NCBI GenBank assembly: GCA_910592345.1
Contig: CAJVPI010000127.1
Span: 1 to 50,946 of the forward strand
Source of the DNA: Paraglomus brasilianum
Lineage: Eukaryota
DNA length: 50,946 bases
Direction: 5' to 3'
Positions 38,530-50,340 of this stretch are shown here, piece by piece. Each line of letters opens with the position of its first letter. The first letter of the stretch is position 1. The translations under genes and the position numbers were made by a program. A model generated the notes under the pieces. The model was not told the origin of the DNA. It worked only from the letters and a program-made list of their open reading frames with translations, and ran no database searches.

Positions 38530-40683
38530 ATGGAAGTAAATGTTCACAGATGTCGGTTTATAGAGTATCAGCCTGCCCAAATTAATTCATTATCACATAC
38601 TGAGACGCCTACGTTGGGATTAGTAGCATGTGGTCGATCGAATGGGAATATTGAGATATGGACAACACGGAATAATTGGAACTTATTGAAGATAATACCC
38701 GGTGGAGAGGGACGTGATGTCAATTCTGTTGTATGGGTCAATCAGCATTCAGATAATACGCTTCCACGCTTATTCTCTGCTGGCTCAAATGGGCTTTTGG
38801 TTGAATGGGACACAATCTCACTCGAGCCAAAAGTATTGACACGCGTATCTGGTGGATCGATTACTTGTATGTCAGTAAACCACGGCAATACTTTCATAGC
38901 TCTGGGCTCAACTGATGGAGCAACCCGAATATTTGATATAACTAATCCTAAATTGCCCGATTTGTATAAAACTATTAAACCGGGAAAGCCATCTCAAGTA
39001 TTATCAATTGTATGGACTTATGATGACAAGTATATAATAACAGGCTCATCGGATGGTACTATTAAGAAATGGGATAGTGTAAGTGGAAGAACAATATCAA
39101 CAATGACTGTGGAAACGCGACGAAAATCACCTACTCCAGTGACAAGTGTAATTGCTCTTCCTGATAACACCATAGTATCTGGTGATGCTCTTGGGCATGT
39201 CAAGTTCTGGGATGGTGAACAGTGTAGTATGCTTCAGACTTTCAACAAATCTCATCTTGCCGACGTTTTATGTATAGCCTCCAATAGAGATGGTACCGAA
39301 GTGTACACATCAGGAGTTGATAGGAAGACGGTTAAATTCCGCAAAGTAGATGACTTGGAGAATACGGGTAGCATATGGATAGAAACGGGGAAAAAGGGTT
39401 ATCATTCTCATGATGTTAGAAACATGATATTGATTGAAGTTGGTAAAGAACAGGAAGTATTGGTGTCGGGCGGAACAGATCCTGCACTAGTCGTATGCCC
39501 TACCGTTCATTATCCGAACGTTACTCATAGAAGACTACAACATTTTCCACAAAAACCAATGATCTCAATTTCCAAATCAAAGAGACTATTGGCTTGTCCG
39601 TTCGATAATGGAGAGGTGCTAATATGGAAATTAGGAAAATATGCATATCCCAAAGAGTATGACGTCTCTGCACAAGATCCATCCTCTGTGAGATTGTCTT
39701 TGGCCGAGAATAAGAGTTTAATAATGAAACTGGTCACCAAAAGTAAACAGAATGTTGTTTCTTGTGCCATATCGGAAGATGCAAATTGGATCGCTGTCGC
39801 GTCAATAGACAGTGTTGGATTATACAGAATGGGTGAAGATATGCAACGTCCAGGACATTTAAAAAGACCAAAGAAAATGAAGTCATTTATACAGGAGGTA
39901 ATTGTAGATGGCAAAAGTTCAACCGGAGCGCACAGAGTATTATTCACTCCAGATAGCGGTCGATTAATTACTGTTGCATCCAATTCCGTTATTATTATAA
40001 GCGACTTGACAATGTGGGTTGACGGTGTGTTCCCCGAACTTGCCAGATTCACGGAATACGCATCGCCAAGCCAATTGTCTATCACTTCTATATCAACAAG
40101 TGGGGACAATAAGTGGTTGGCGGTAGCTGATGATATGGCTAAACAAATAAACATTTACTCTCTTGATTCTTATCAACTGCACATGACTCTTCCTCAATTG
40201 ACACCAGCCAGCTGTCTGCATACTAGTCTCGCATTTAATCCGTACTCATCGACGCTGGTTATTACATTTGCCAATAATCAATTCTACGTTTATGATGTTT
40301 CTGCAAATGCACTTACTCAATGGTCAGAGAAATATGCCAACGTGATGCCAGCGCGATTTGCCCGAATACAGGATAAGATCATGGGATGCGCATTTAATCC
40401 GGAGAATAGTAACCATATCGTACTATGGGGAAGCGGATATCTGTGTTCGATAGATATGCAATTGGAGATAGATGAGAGCCAACTGGATATTACGGTGAAG
40501 AAGAGAAAGAGGGAAGCAAATACTGTACGCGCGAATGAGAATTATAGGTTGAGTCATCATTATCAGGGTATAATGTTGGTCGAATTTATTGGAGAGAAAG
40601 AGATGGTGGTAGTGGAGAGACCATATACAGGCATATTAGAGAATCTCGGTCCATCGTTCTACCGTCCCCAGTATGGAACTTGA
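38530..40683 (+). CDS. UTP4: U3 snoRNA-associated protein 4 (UTP4/cirhin), WD40, intronless
   Basis: MEVNVHRCRFIEYQPAQINSL...ACGRSNGNIEIW...RLFSAG...VSGDALGHVKFWD...HSHDVR...VVVERP...LGPSFYRPQYGT are Utp4 family N- and C-terminal signatures. One uninterrupted ORF. Confidence 0.95.
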   Translation: MEVNVHRCRFIEYQPAQINSLSHTETPTLGLVACGRSNGNIEIWTTRNNWNLLKIIPGGEGRDVNSVVWVNQHSDNTLPRLFSAGSNGLLVEWDTISLEPKVLTRVSGGSITCMSVNHGNTFIALGSTDGATRIFDITNPKLPDLYKTIKPGKPSQVLSIVWTYDDKYIITGSSDGTIKKWDSVSGRTISTMTVETRRKSPTPVTSVIALPDNTIVSGDALGHVKFWDGEQCSMLQTFNKSHLADVLCIASNRDGTEVYTSGVDRKTVKFRKVDDLENTGSIWIETGKKGYHSHDVRNMILIEVGKEQEVLVSGGTDPALVVCPTVHYPNVTHRRLQHFPQKPMISISKSKRLLACPFDNGEVLIWKLGKYAYPKEYDVSAQDPSSVRLSLAENKSLIMKLVTKSKQNVVSCAISEDANWIAVASIDSVGLYRMGEDMQRPGHLKRPKKMKSFIQEVIVDGKSSTGAHRVLFTPDSGRLITVASNSVIIISDLTMWVDGVFPELARFTEYASPSQLSITSISTSGDNKWLAVADDMAKQINIYSLDSYQLHMTLPQLTPASCLHTSLAFNPYSSTLVITFANNQFYVYDVSANALTQWSEKYANVMPARFARIQDKIMGCAFNPENSNHIVLWGSGYLCSIDMQLEIDESQLDITVKKRKREANTVRANENYRLSHHYQGIMLVEFIGEKEMVVVERPYTGILENLGPSFYRPQYGT

Positions 40684-40757
40684 TGTCGTTCATTTCGAAT
40701 GTTTAATTAAAGACAGTTTCTGGCGGATTCTGTGATTGTGGGTTTACTAATATACGA

Positions 40758-41716
40758 TTAGAAATATGCTACGCAATGAAGATAACTATACTTTGACTTT
40801 TCTTTCCATTTTTCAAGAATCGTTTGCATGTCTTGATCCACATTGGAAGCTTTCTCGACCTAGAAGTGGCAAAAGTATTGGGATATTTAATAGAGCAAAC
40901 CAAGAACGTATCTTAATATAATATCAGCCATTGATTGTAACAAACCGAGCCTTGATAACGACCTGGCGAACAATGACTTGTGCAACATACTCACCATTTC
41001 AGCAAGTTGTAATATCGCTTTGCCCCCGAGCATTGCATCCTCGTGATTATCTTTGATTTCTACGTTAATGATGTGAACCGGTAAATTACGCTCTTCTCCC
41101 CTTCCTATTAAATCTGTTCGAGCATTTGTTACAAGTTGAGAAGTATTATTTGCAAAAGAACTCAATAATTCCAAGCATCTCGTGCATTTACAATTACCTT
41201 CACATACAGCGTCAAAGCACCGTTCTTCACATGTTACGATTACATCGTAGAATCCGGTCGTATCTTGCCAGCGCTCAGGTGCTCGTTTGATTTTTCTGTT
41301 GCGATCTAACATATCCAATAGACCATTTTGAGAATAACTATAAAGAGATAAAGGCACGATAGTGCTATCAAACTTCTGATGATTGACCGTTTGCTCATCA
41401 ACTTGAACTTACAGTCTAAAGTCTTTCTTTTGTAGATCTTGATAGATGTGATCGTACGGTGTTCCAAACGGATATATATTGGGTTTATCTATACTTTGTC
41501 CTGGTAGACGGACTGCTGAACCAGTACCAAATGAAGCAACTTTAAAGCCCTTTTTACTGACGAGCATGAAAAGTAACGATAAATAAATTTCTGCATTAAA
41601 CATTAGAAAGTACCAATAGATACGGGAAAACATTCACTTCTAACATACGATAGGGTATAGTGAGCTTCCATACTGCGGTTCTGATTACTAGCGCATATGA
41701 TAGCAAAAGTCACCAT
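40758..41716 (-). CDS. SSU72: RNA polymerase II CTD phosphatase SSU72, 5 exons
   Basis: Catalytic motif [13 protein letters not shown], then [46 protein letters not shown] and IKDNHEDA. Ends LHCVAYF*. Confidence 0.97.
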
Positions 41717-43062
41717 GTTTATGTTCGTATCAGAGAAACAAACGATGTATCGACTAATATCAGTTTCGCATTGTGTTACACGCTGATTATAAACCCCACC
41801 CCCTTCTCTCCTTAGGTACCCATTTATTAAGGATGAAAAAGTTGTGGAAGACCTAATAAACAAGTTTTAGAATAGAGACAAGAAAGATCTTTGAGAATGT
41901 GGCTTGGGAAATAGAAGGGAAATAACCGTTATGAAAACTTCAGGTGATTTGAAAGAGAACAAAAAAATTGAGGCATTAGGGGAATATACCATCTACCCAA
42001 TCCTTTTAATCCGATCTATACTGTATTTCGATATACGAGTCGTTTAGTGTCAGAATACCTGTAGTATCCAGGTTGGCAAAAGTGGCAAGCAAAGTTCTAA
42101 ACACACATAAATTGAGATGCACGTAAGATTAATATGCTTTTAGGCAAGAGCTTAATACAACTATCCCTTTTTAGCTCATAAAGAATGTTCAGCCTTGCAT
42201 TTTATTAAACGATTAAGCACGTAGTGCTGAAATGACTGTCTATCGTGTATCCACTGCTTACCAAGTTGATAACCGATTTTTGCTTGAATGGCATACCGAT
42301 TACTACTGCATCATTTTGTCTTATGGTCAACAAGGGTGGCAATGGCGGGATTTAATATTAATATTCTCGTATTTAATAATTAGGTTAGTCTTGACAATAT
42401 TAGTCCATGTCTAGACGAATATTCCCGATATTCGCTACCTTGCGAGTGGTGCGCAAAACATGCTTCGCGTAATTACGTCACGACGCAGTCTAACAATTTC
42501 CAGTTACAAAGTATTTTCTCGTTATCAACGAACAGAAGCAGTCCTCGAACATATCAGCCTCTAAGTCACTTTAATATCCTCCGCTAAGATACATCAGTCG
42601 TTCCTCCAGTATAACGTTGCCCATACTAAGAGGTTTCTCAGCTTCGGTAGCCGGGTACCTTCTTTGATGCGAGCATATGGTCGAATTAACCAGATACAGA
42701 GAGCGTCAAATTTCTGGAATAACTATTAAAATAATTATTTTATTTCTTTATGTTACTCCTCATTAAACTCTAGCAACAGCTCTGGAAAGAGTTTTTATAT
42801 TCCTCTTTAGTATTAGGAAACTATTAGCAATTGCCTGAATTAAGTTTTCAACACGATTAACGCCTTTCTTCAGCTCCGTCTTCGAATGCACTAATAGTGC
42901 TTACATTTAATGCTCTTTTTCTTTTGCAATCATTATTGTCGATGCCATTAAACTTTTTTTATATAATTTTTGGTTTATATAATTTTGTTTTATATGAGGG
43001 TGACACAAGATTTATTATTATACAAAATTTTCATTTAATAAAATGGTGTTTGAATTCACAAG

Positions 43063-43299
43063 TTGCTTGGTGAAGGAAAAGCTGTTGCAGCTTCCACAAT
43101 ACGAAATTTTTATCTTCGACGAACGACTCCGCGGAAAAAGACTATTGAGGCAATTCAACGTTGGATTGACGAAAAAATGAAGGAAAATGTAAACCACTCA
43201 GATGGAGACAATGAAAATAAAGAAATAGATGATAATTATAATGTTATTAATAATAGCAATGATAAAAAAAGATTCCGATTTAGATTTGCACCAGAGTGA
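43063..43299 (+). pseudogene. gene fragment with an HTH-like segment, probably repeat-derived
   Basis: VAASTIRNFYLRRTTPRKKTIEAIQRWID resembles an XRE/Cro-type recognition helix region. No ATG start; lies in degenerate AT-rich DNA. Confidence 0.3.
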
Positions 43300-44749
43300 C
43301 CACAGAATAGGTTATACTCATCAATGGCTTTGGGTCCGAGTATTCCTCCCATGCAATCACTCTGATGTTTTTATTATCAGAACAATCGCATTCTATTACT
43401 ATAATAAAGATAATAAAATAATGCCTACGAAAATTGAATTATCGTTATGTAATTTGACTCTTTGGTTGTAGTTGCATAAAAGTAGTGAAATACGAATTAA
43501 GGCTCAACAAACAGTCCTTTATCAACGGGTCAAAACTATAAGGAATGATCTTTCATTGATAGGTTGCTTGATCAGTAGAGGCCTTGTGGAAAGCTTTTAT
43601 GTTAAACTGTTTTCCTTTACGTTTTCGTTTCTTTCTTCATTCATCATGTGTTGGTGTTTATTGTAAACAAATCAGTCCATAAATTTGTGCACAAGTCACA
43701 GCCAAAATGCCATTAGTCAAATTAGTTAATTTTCGGTCACACCAGCTTCTCATTTGTACTATGCATATGATTGAATGGAATGCTGCAGTTTTCCTGATTC
43801 GATTGATCATTAACACCCGCCATACCGTGAATATGCGTATAAATGTATAAGCAAAAACTAGCGTTTGGGTCTGGAGATTTCACAGACAAATTGGTAGATA
43901 TTAGTCTTCGATGAGACTGTATATTAATAATGTATAAGCATGACCTCACCATTAACACATCAGGTAAAAATTTGCCTTCCAATTACGGAAAACAATAAAC
44001 GGATTCTAAATGGTCGGTTATTTATCTATAGATTTAATCGGATCACTTATATTTTATTTTCCGGTGACAAACCATTAATAAACTTTATTTTCATTTCGCT
44101 GTCATCTAAACCCACACCCAACGATATAGCGTATGTGTCTATCAATTTAAAATACATAGATTTACAACAACATAGTTCTGCGTTGGAGAAATGTTATTAT
44201 CTGGGTGATTATCATAGCGTGAGCTAGACTTTTTGGCTTTATGCGCTACTATTGCAAATAACCTAAATATTCGTGGACTATCTTGCTGACCCCAATTTTT
44301 TGCATACCTGTTACTCCGGCATTTAAAATGTGCAAAGTTATGACTTCATATTCAGCATAACATTAACGAGAGCTTGCAAATCAGGTGACTATAATTTTGA
44401 AATGACGATAATGTTATTTGTATAATGTGCAGATGTTAATTACCGTCGTGAACCGCTATTAGCGATATAATCTATCCCTCACCAATAGACATAAGAACAC
44501 AAGGTTATAACCTTTTTATAATACGTTTCTGGTTACTGTGGTTATGGTTTGCCGATCATTTGATATGGGGCGATAAATTCCTGCGTATCGATTATCATTG
44601 GATACAGTATGATGCATACTTGTGTCCCCATAAAATTTATATCATTCTAAAGCTAAATGATTGTAGGTCTATTTGAAAAATATCAGCAATTTCATGGTTG
44701 TCATATATACCCTCAAAATAAAAAGATCATACAATTAAAATCGTAATTG

Positions 44750-45310
44750 ACATGATCATGGATGGCTTTTTGCAATTATCTTGGTTTCCACAGCATAGCA
44801 CAATTAGTCCAGAGACAGGCAGTTGCTCAAGTGACATGGACACATTGATGTGACCAACCTCCACCATAACATACAGACCATCGTATAAGGTAAATTGTGA
44901 TGTGCCACCTTGTTGAGCTTTTGTCAGTGTGATGTAAAAATCTAAATTACTGACAACTTGAATCCGAGCATGCAGTTCTTGTTATAAAAATCGATATCAT
45001 CCTTATTAAACTCTGGATAAGATCAGCAAAGGCTGTAGAGTTTGTCCATCTCTTCCTGCACTTTTGCCGCCCCATATACATATCCCACATATCAACATCT
45101 GGCATTGATATTGAATCAATTGAACATGTTGCGAAAACCTCCACCGGTTTCGCAACAACGTCATTCTCATTAGCGAGAATGATGTCGAAAGATGAGGGCT
45201 ACCAATATCCCAATAGGTTTGTAGGGACATTTGAGAAGCATACCTTCCAACTCCCGGACTACAGACAGTGATGCAACGATTGGTATTGAAAGGGGTCACA
45301 TAGATTATTC
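44750..45310 (-). pseudogene. degenerate RecQ/SF2-like helicase C-terminal fragment
   Basis: Frameshifted pieces VEVFAT..SISMPDV and GKSAGRDGQ resemble helicase motifs V/VI (QESGRAGRDG), followed by Cys-rich remnants. Multiple stops. Confidence 0.35.
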
Positions 45311-45678
45311 AGACATAGTAATAGTCGAACTGGGTGTAACAGTTTAAATTATGGTTTTATTTTATGATAACATTTCGTTGCTTTAATTTTTATTATGTTA
45401 TTCATTTATTGGGAGGCCTTGTATGTAGTAGTAGGTGAGTATGTGGTAAGGATGGTAGTTCTTTGTTTGTTTATTTTTAATATAGTAAATAAGACAACAT
45501 CGACAGACAGGATTTCTGTTGATTGATTCACTCTAGCTATTATGTAGGAGAATGTTCTCCTTATCTTTGTTAATAATTCTCAATAAAAGCTTATTTGGAA
45601 AACTCAATTGAGAATAACACAAACGCATCAGAGCACCGCTGTTAGTAAAAAGTTTACCAACAAAGCCTAGAGAAAATA

Positions 45679-46160
45679 CAGTCACCCGGCGAAGTAAATG
45701 TATTATTACTTTTCTTATTTACTTAATATGTCGGGCATAATTAAAAATACCCTTGTCTTTATATTTGCATTTTAATAATCTCAGTGAGGTTTGGACTGAC
45801 TATAAACTTATAATAACAGTCTCAAATTTACTATAAGATGTTCGCGTTTTTAGACTTGTTAATTAAAATTTAGAAGATTACAAGTCGAAAAATATAATTT
45901 TTGCCTGATACAATCTAATCTGTTAATGTAAAAAAGCTTTTACATATGCTTTTTGTCAACTTACTCAAAATTTTATTCATAATATTAGGTTTAAATTGAT
46001 TATAATATAGATCTAAAAGGAAGCCACTTTTCATCTTGGTTTTTTGCAAGTTATAATGTTAGTCTTGAACTTCTGTTAAATAAAATTTTTTTAAAAAATA
46101 ATAAGAACAAAATTGATATATTAAAAAAATACTGGCTGCCATTATTTTTGCCAGGGACTG
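45679..46160. mobile_element. non-autonomous Tc1/mariner-type element (MITE-like), about 480 bp
   Basis: TA|CAGTCACCCGGCGAAGTAAATG on the left and the inverted TA|CAGTCCCTGGCAAAAATAATG on the right. TA flanks on both sides; very AT-rich non-coding interior. Confidence 0.6.
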
Positions 46161-46465
46161 TACAAAGAAAGCCCAGGAACTGAACTCGGAGAAGCATTAA
46201 AAGCTATTCCCAATGAAACTAGATATTGCTGAAGATAAAATTGGGGTTGCTAATACAAATTTGAGTGACTTGACTAATCTCATTGATATCAAAAATGAGT
46301 CATTAAAGAATGATAAGAAAGTACAATTACAGTTTTTTGTATGAAAGTAATTGTAGGATGCCTGATACTAGATTGGAAAGCTTGGAATTTTGCATTCTTT
46401 ATTTGTTTACACCTACAATTGAATGCTAAAGGTGTTAGATTGGAAAGCTTGGGCTTGTCCTTAGA

Positions 46466-47060
46466 TCATAGTGCTCTTTTGGGAGTTGTTGGTGTTGGTT
46501 TGTTTTTTGAATTTGTTTGTTCTTCACTTGAATTATCTGGAGTAGATATGGATTCTACAGACTTAGTTGTAGTAGTTGTTTTTGGATGGTTTGAAGGCAT
46601 AGTAATTTGTTGAGTTGGAGTATGTTTGATAAATTTGTATAATTGAAATCTTTTCTGTGAGGCAGAGTTGTTGGAGGATGATGTGGTACAATCAGTGGGT
46701 TTAAGTGTTGAGGAAGACATAGAGGAGGTGTGGGTGGAGATGAATTCAAAATTTGTGGAGTTGGATATAAAGTTTGTTATTGTGTATGTCCAACTCTCCT
46801 ACTAGCAATACCCAAGATCCTACTTCTCCCTTCTTTGTTCTCTCATGCAGATTTTTCTTGGAGGATTCATGGTATGCTATAATATCAAATTCTGCTATAT
46901 TTAAGCTTGATCCACTGCTGCTTATGTATTGTTATTGTGTGGTGCAAGAGGTAACACAAACATGGTGATATTATTTCGTACTTGAGCAGCAGATTTTATT
47001 GTGGCAGTTGTGCAGATCCATACATATATATTGGATATGGATGAATTATATGCAGTGACA
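46466..47060 (-). pseudogene. frameshifted OB-fold/SSB-like gene with Ser/Thr-rich tail
   Basis: NIYVWICTTATIKS...ITMFVL / QYISS..IAEFDIIAYHES...GSWVLLVGELDIHNNKLYIQLH / FEFIS followed by a low-complexity S/T/N tail. The beta-strand pattern includes an SSB-like GSxVxxxGxL. At least two frameshifts. Confidence 0.4.
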
Positions 47061-47329
47061 TGGCACTTGAAGTGGTTTATCTATTATCTGGGAAATTGGA
47101 GTAGTAAGTGGACAAGGTATAAATTAATCAATAATGTGTTAGAAAAGAAATAGTTGTCATATGCTAATTACTTACAGTCAGTATATTATCATGTAGTGAT
47201 GTTATTGTGCCAGCTAGTTTGAGTATTAGTATGTCATCTGATGCAAAAGCCATTGTTGCCTGCCAGTCTGGTTTGTCTTTGGCACATACACATCAAATTG
47301 AATATGTATCAGCTCAGAGACAAGAAAGA

Positions 47330-47700
47330 CACCTCTAGATAAGCAGGTCAACCATTGCATCAACCTGCAGTGATGGGTCATGTGGGCATGTTGAGGAAAC
47401 TCGCAAGAATGATGTTGTACAGTGACTCTTCTGCAACCTCTCTTGTTCCACTAAAGTCATTGGTCACCAATATCCCAATTGAATATTCTGACTTTTATTG
47501 TTTTATCACATGGTATGCAGAATTGAGGATTAATGATGAATAAATTCCCAAAGGTAGTTGTTATTGACCAACGAGAGTGGAAGGCTTGCTGAGATAATCC
47601 ATTGACATAAATGATTGAGTATGAGGTTGGGAGTGCAAATTAGAGGGATGTCAGAAGAGTACTTTCCAATGCCTGCACTACAGATTGTGTTACAACAGAC
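47330..47700 (-). mobile_element. hAT-superfamily transposase remnant
   Basis: LCQWIISASLPLSLVNNNYLWEFIH / INPQFCIPCDKTIKVRIF matches the conserved hAT segment W(I)....LP.S.V....F..F...LNP.F.IP...TI. Frameshifted. Confidence 0.65.
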
Positions 47701-48310
47701 CATTCACAATTAGTTATTTGTAACATTATATATTAATGTGATACAAAATTAATACTTACTTCATTGCCCATCATCTGTGATTAGGGTTCTTTGATACAAC
47801 CCAATGATGTCCTCACCATCATGGTTTCTAGTAAAATAAGGAATATTAATATGTGTCCTTCTGTTATTGTCAAGACCAGAGAAGAACATTTGTTCACAGC
47901 TAGCTAACCACTATTACTATATTATAGTCAAGTGCTTTTTAATGTATTCTATTCACCACAACTGGTATTTCTGACAGCATTTTGGTAACAGAGGTTCGAT
48001 ATATTTACACCCGCTGTGCTTCTGAACCTCCTATTTACACCTTATAAAACACTCAACTTACTTGGGCATATAAGCCCGGATTTCAACTCTGCGGAGAATC
48101 TTAACCACTTGGCATTCACGTCCGTGCTGGGCCATTTTGAGAGGAGACCTATGAAAGAAGAGAGGTCTGTATATGTGAAGAGGAGTGTGTTTGTGTATGG
48201 AAGAAAGCACGTTTGTAATTTTGTTTCGCCTCGTACATTTTGATGATCCTCTCTATTGAGGGGCCCAATCATAGCGATGTCAATAGACTTGTGTACACTA
48301 TTATTATCGT

Positions 48311-48432
48311 TACCTCCTACTCCAGATTTGGTAAGTAGGTAATTTAAGAAGTAGGTGCTCATAAGCTCTTGCCAATTATACACGGTGATTGCTAATTTTA
48401 GCAACTTTGATCGCCAAATCTGATAGGGGAGG
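48311..48432. mobile_element. MITE-like repeat, family copy A (TACCTCC...CAGATTTGG termini)
   Basis: Shares CAGATTTGGTAAGTA.GTAATTTAA...GTAGGTGCTCATAAGCTCTTGCCAA and GCAACTT.GAT.GCCAAATCTGATAG with 50400-50629. Its ends are inverted repeats of each other. Confidence 0.7.
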
Positions 48433-49052
48433 GGAGTAATTTACTTCCATAAGCAGTAATGTTGGCGATTAACAGATATCGCTAGATGCACCCATGCATG
48501 AAATCTCCTGAGCAAACAAACAAAGAACCTTGTCGTAACTTATTCGCTTAACCAGTAAATTGCCTGTGAATCTTGTGTGCACACAGATTTCTTTGTCTAG
48601 AACCAGAGAGACAATTACCCAGAAAATAGCACAGCTATCAATGCAGATGTCGATTAGACAAACGAGACCCGAAAAAAAAAACCCCCAAACAAGAACTTGT
48701 ACTTGCGTGGCTACTGGTTAATGGCTGTAGGAGATCTGAAACAAACAAGAACCAACACACATATTTTTTAGCCATCACACAGTAAGGAGTGTGAGAATTT
48801 TTACACATAGACGTATGTGTAGTCTATTGGAAGAGCACTATTTCGAAAAATATCGGAAATCAGCAGAAATCATAATGGGGGGAACACGTCGCTAGGTTTT
48901 GTTATCTTCCGAGGTTTGTTCTTTTTGCATTTCTGTGCTTACGACTATTTATATTTTAAACAGTCACATGAGAAGGATTGTAGGGGTAGTACAGTCACAA
49001 AGTCATGAAAATATCTGTTAATCGCCAACATTGGAAGTAAATTACTCCCCTC
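48429..49052. mobile_element. non-autonomous DNA transposon with ~42-bp terminal inverted repeats
   Basis: GAGGGGAGTAATTTACTTCC(ATAAGCAGT)AATGTTGGCGATTAACAGATAT at 48429-48479 and its inverted copy ATATCTGTTAATCGCCAACATTGGAAGTAAATTACTCCCCTC at 49011-49052. Non-coding interior. Confidence 0.75.
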
Positions 49053-49319
49053 TACCTCTCACAGTGATTGTTGATTTTAACAATCTCGATTGTACTGATG
49101 GAGGAGGTAATTTAAGAAGATTGATACCATAAGATTTGTTAATTATTGTCTCGGAGAATAATAAAGATCACGCGTTTCCTACATGTATTTAAAGCTACAT
49201 GGACAGGCCAATGAAATTCACTGAACACTCGTTTTTTCTCTTTGCGATTTCGTCCTACCATTCAACAAAAAAGTAATCGCCGGTTCTTCGATTTTTTCAA
49301 CATCAAAAGCATCGCAAAT

Positions 49320-49655
49320 ATGTTCAGATCCATCTTCTCCCCCCGCAACTTACGCTCTGTTCGTTCAAACGTTCAAATTTCGAAGTCACCTGGTGGTGCG
49401 TCTCTCGTATAACTTTGTTTTATTATGATTTTATAATGTTCATTTTTTTTTTTTTGTTATCTGTCTGTTGTGTGTTTATCGTTTATTTGTCTATTAGATT
49501 CTAGAAGATATTCAACAAACACCGAAGAATGGGAAAAAATTCATAACCGCATCTCGGCGCGATCATACTTTCATGGTGGCTTGTGCGGTGGTTACGGCAA
49601 TAACCTGTACCTATGTCAGGTTTTTAGGAAAGAACCCGGTCAATACCAACCCTGA
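49320..49655 (+). CDS. small protein with a mitochondrial presequence-like N-terminus (2 exons), possibly a pseudogene
   Basis: MFRSIFSPRNLRSVRSNVQISKSPG|DSRRYSTNTEEW... is Arg/Ser-rich with an RRYS cleavage-like motif. GT-AG intron at about 49396-49497. Paralogous to 50747-50946. Confidence 0.45.
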
Positions 49656-50061
49656 AAGTAATAATCAGGTGAGGACCGCTCCGTCAAAATAGCGATAATG
49701 ATCGCAATCTAATTATAATTCTCTTCGTTTACTACTTTTAAGGAATAACATCCCCCCTTTTTTAAGGAATTCATTTTTTTTCTCGGCGGATAATTGATAA
49801 AAAAAAACTCTCTTCGAGCTATATTTCCCTATCGAAGAATAGATATGGGTTAGTTGAGGTAAAAACGTAGTAATGTAGTACGTAGTAACTTCATCATGTA
49901 TCACGGTCAAAGTCTCAAACGTGTTGTATCATGCTATCATTGTAGTTAATAAATCTTTTGATTAGTTTCAGCTAATTCCATGTAAACAAAAGAACCTTTT
50001 GATCATTTTCACAACTTGTAAACTTTTATTTAAAGTGGAATTTCCTATAAAGGCAATAATA

Positions 50062-50340
50062 CTAAGTGAAACTCGATACATAGTAATAGTGAAACTCGAT
50101 AAGTCGGACACGACCGGCTGGGCATGGTTATCCGACTTATCAAAAGAATTTTAATATGAAAAAAAGGAAAGGGCAGAGACTTATTGAGTGTCTGACTTAT
50201 CGAGTTTCACTATGTATAACGGACTGCGTTTTAATCCGTAATATCGACTTGTGAGTTTTATATATTCCGTTCCCAGAGAAAATGTCCGTTTTATTGACGG
50301 TCCGTTATATCGATGGTCCGTTATATCGACTCTCACTGTG
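50062..50340. mobile_element. pogo/Tigger-type MITE (outer element) interrupted in its left TIR
   Basis: The right TIR reads CAGTGAGAGTCGATATAACGGA on the minus strand, with CCGTTATATCGA subterminal repeats. The left TIR AGTGAAACTCGA-TA-TAACGGA is restored by removing 50079-50216. Confidence 0.65.
50079..50214. mobile_element. pogo/Tigger-type MITE (inner element), 136 bp, TA TSD
   Basis: TIRs ATAGTGAAACTCGATAAGTCGGACA / TGTCTGACTTATCGAGTTTCACTAT (1 mismatch), termini CATAG...CTATG, flanked by TA at 50077-50078 and 50215-50216. Confidence 0.85.

Noticed and set aside
39525..40154. 209-aa antisense ORF inside UTP4
   Set aside because: Shadow ORF on the strand opposite a conserved gene, with no recognisable domain.
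24324..41716. Functional cluster of Pol II/RNA-processing genes (TOA2, NAB3, PPIL1, UTP4, SSU72)
   Set aside because: They are interspersed with unrelated mitochondrial and ER genes, and such housekeeping genes are common. There is no evidence beyond chance without synteny data.
42520..42950. Minus-strand decayed coding fragment (HSKTELKKGVNRVENLIQAIANSF...)
   Set aside because: Multiple stops and frameshifts and no family I can name.
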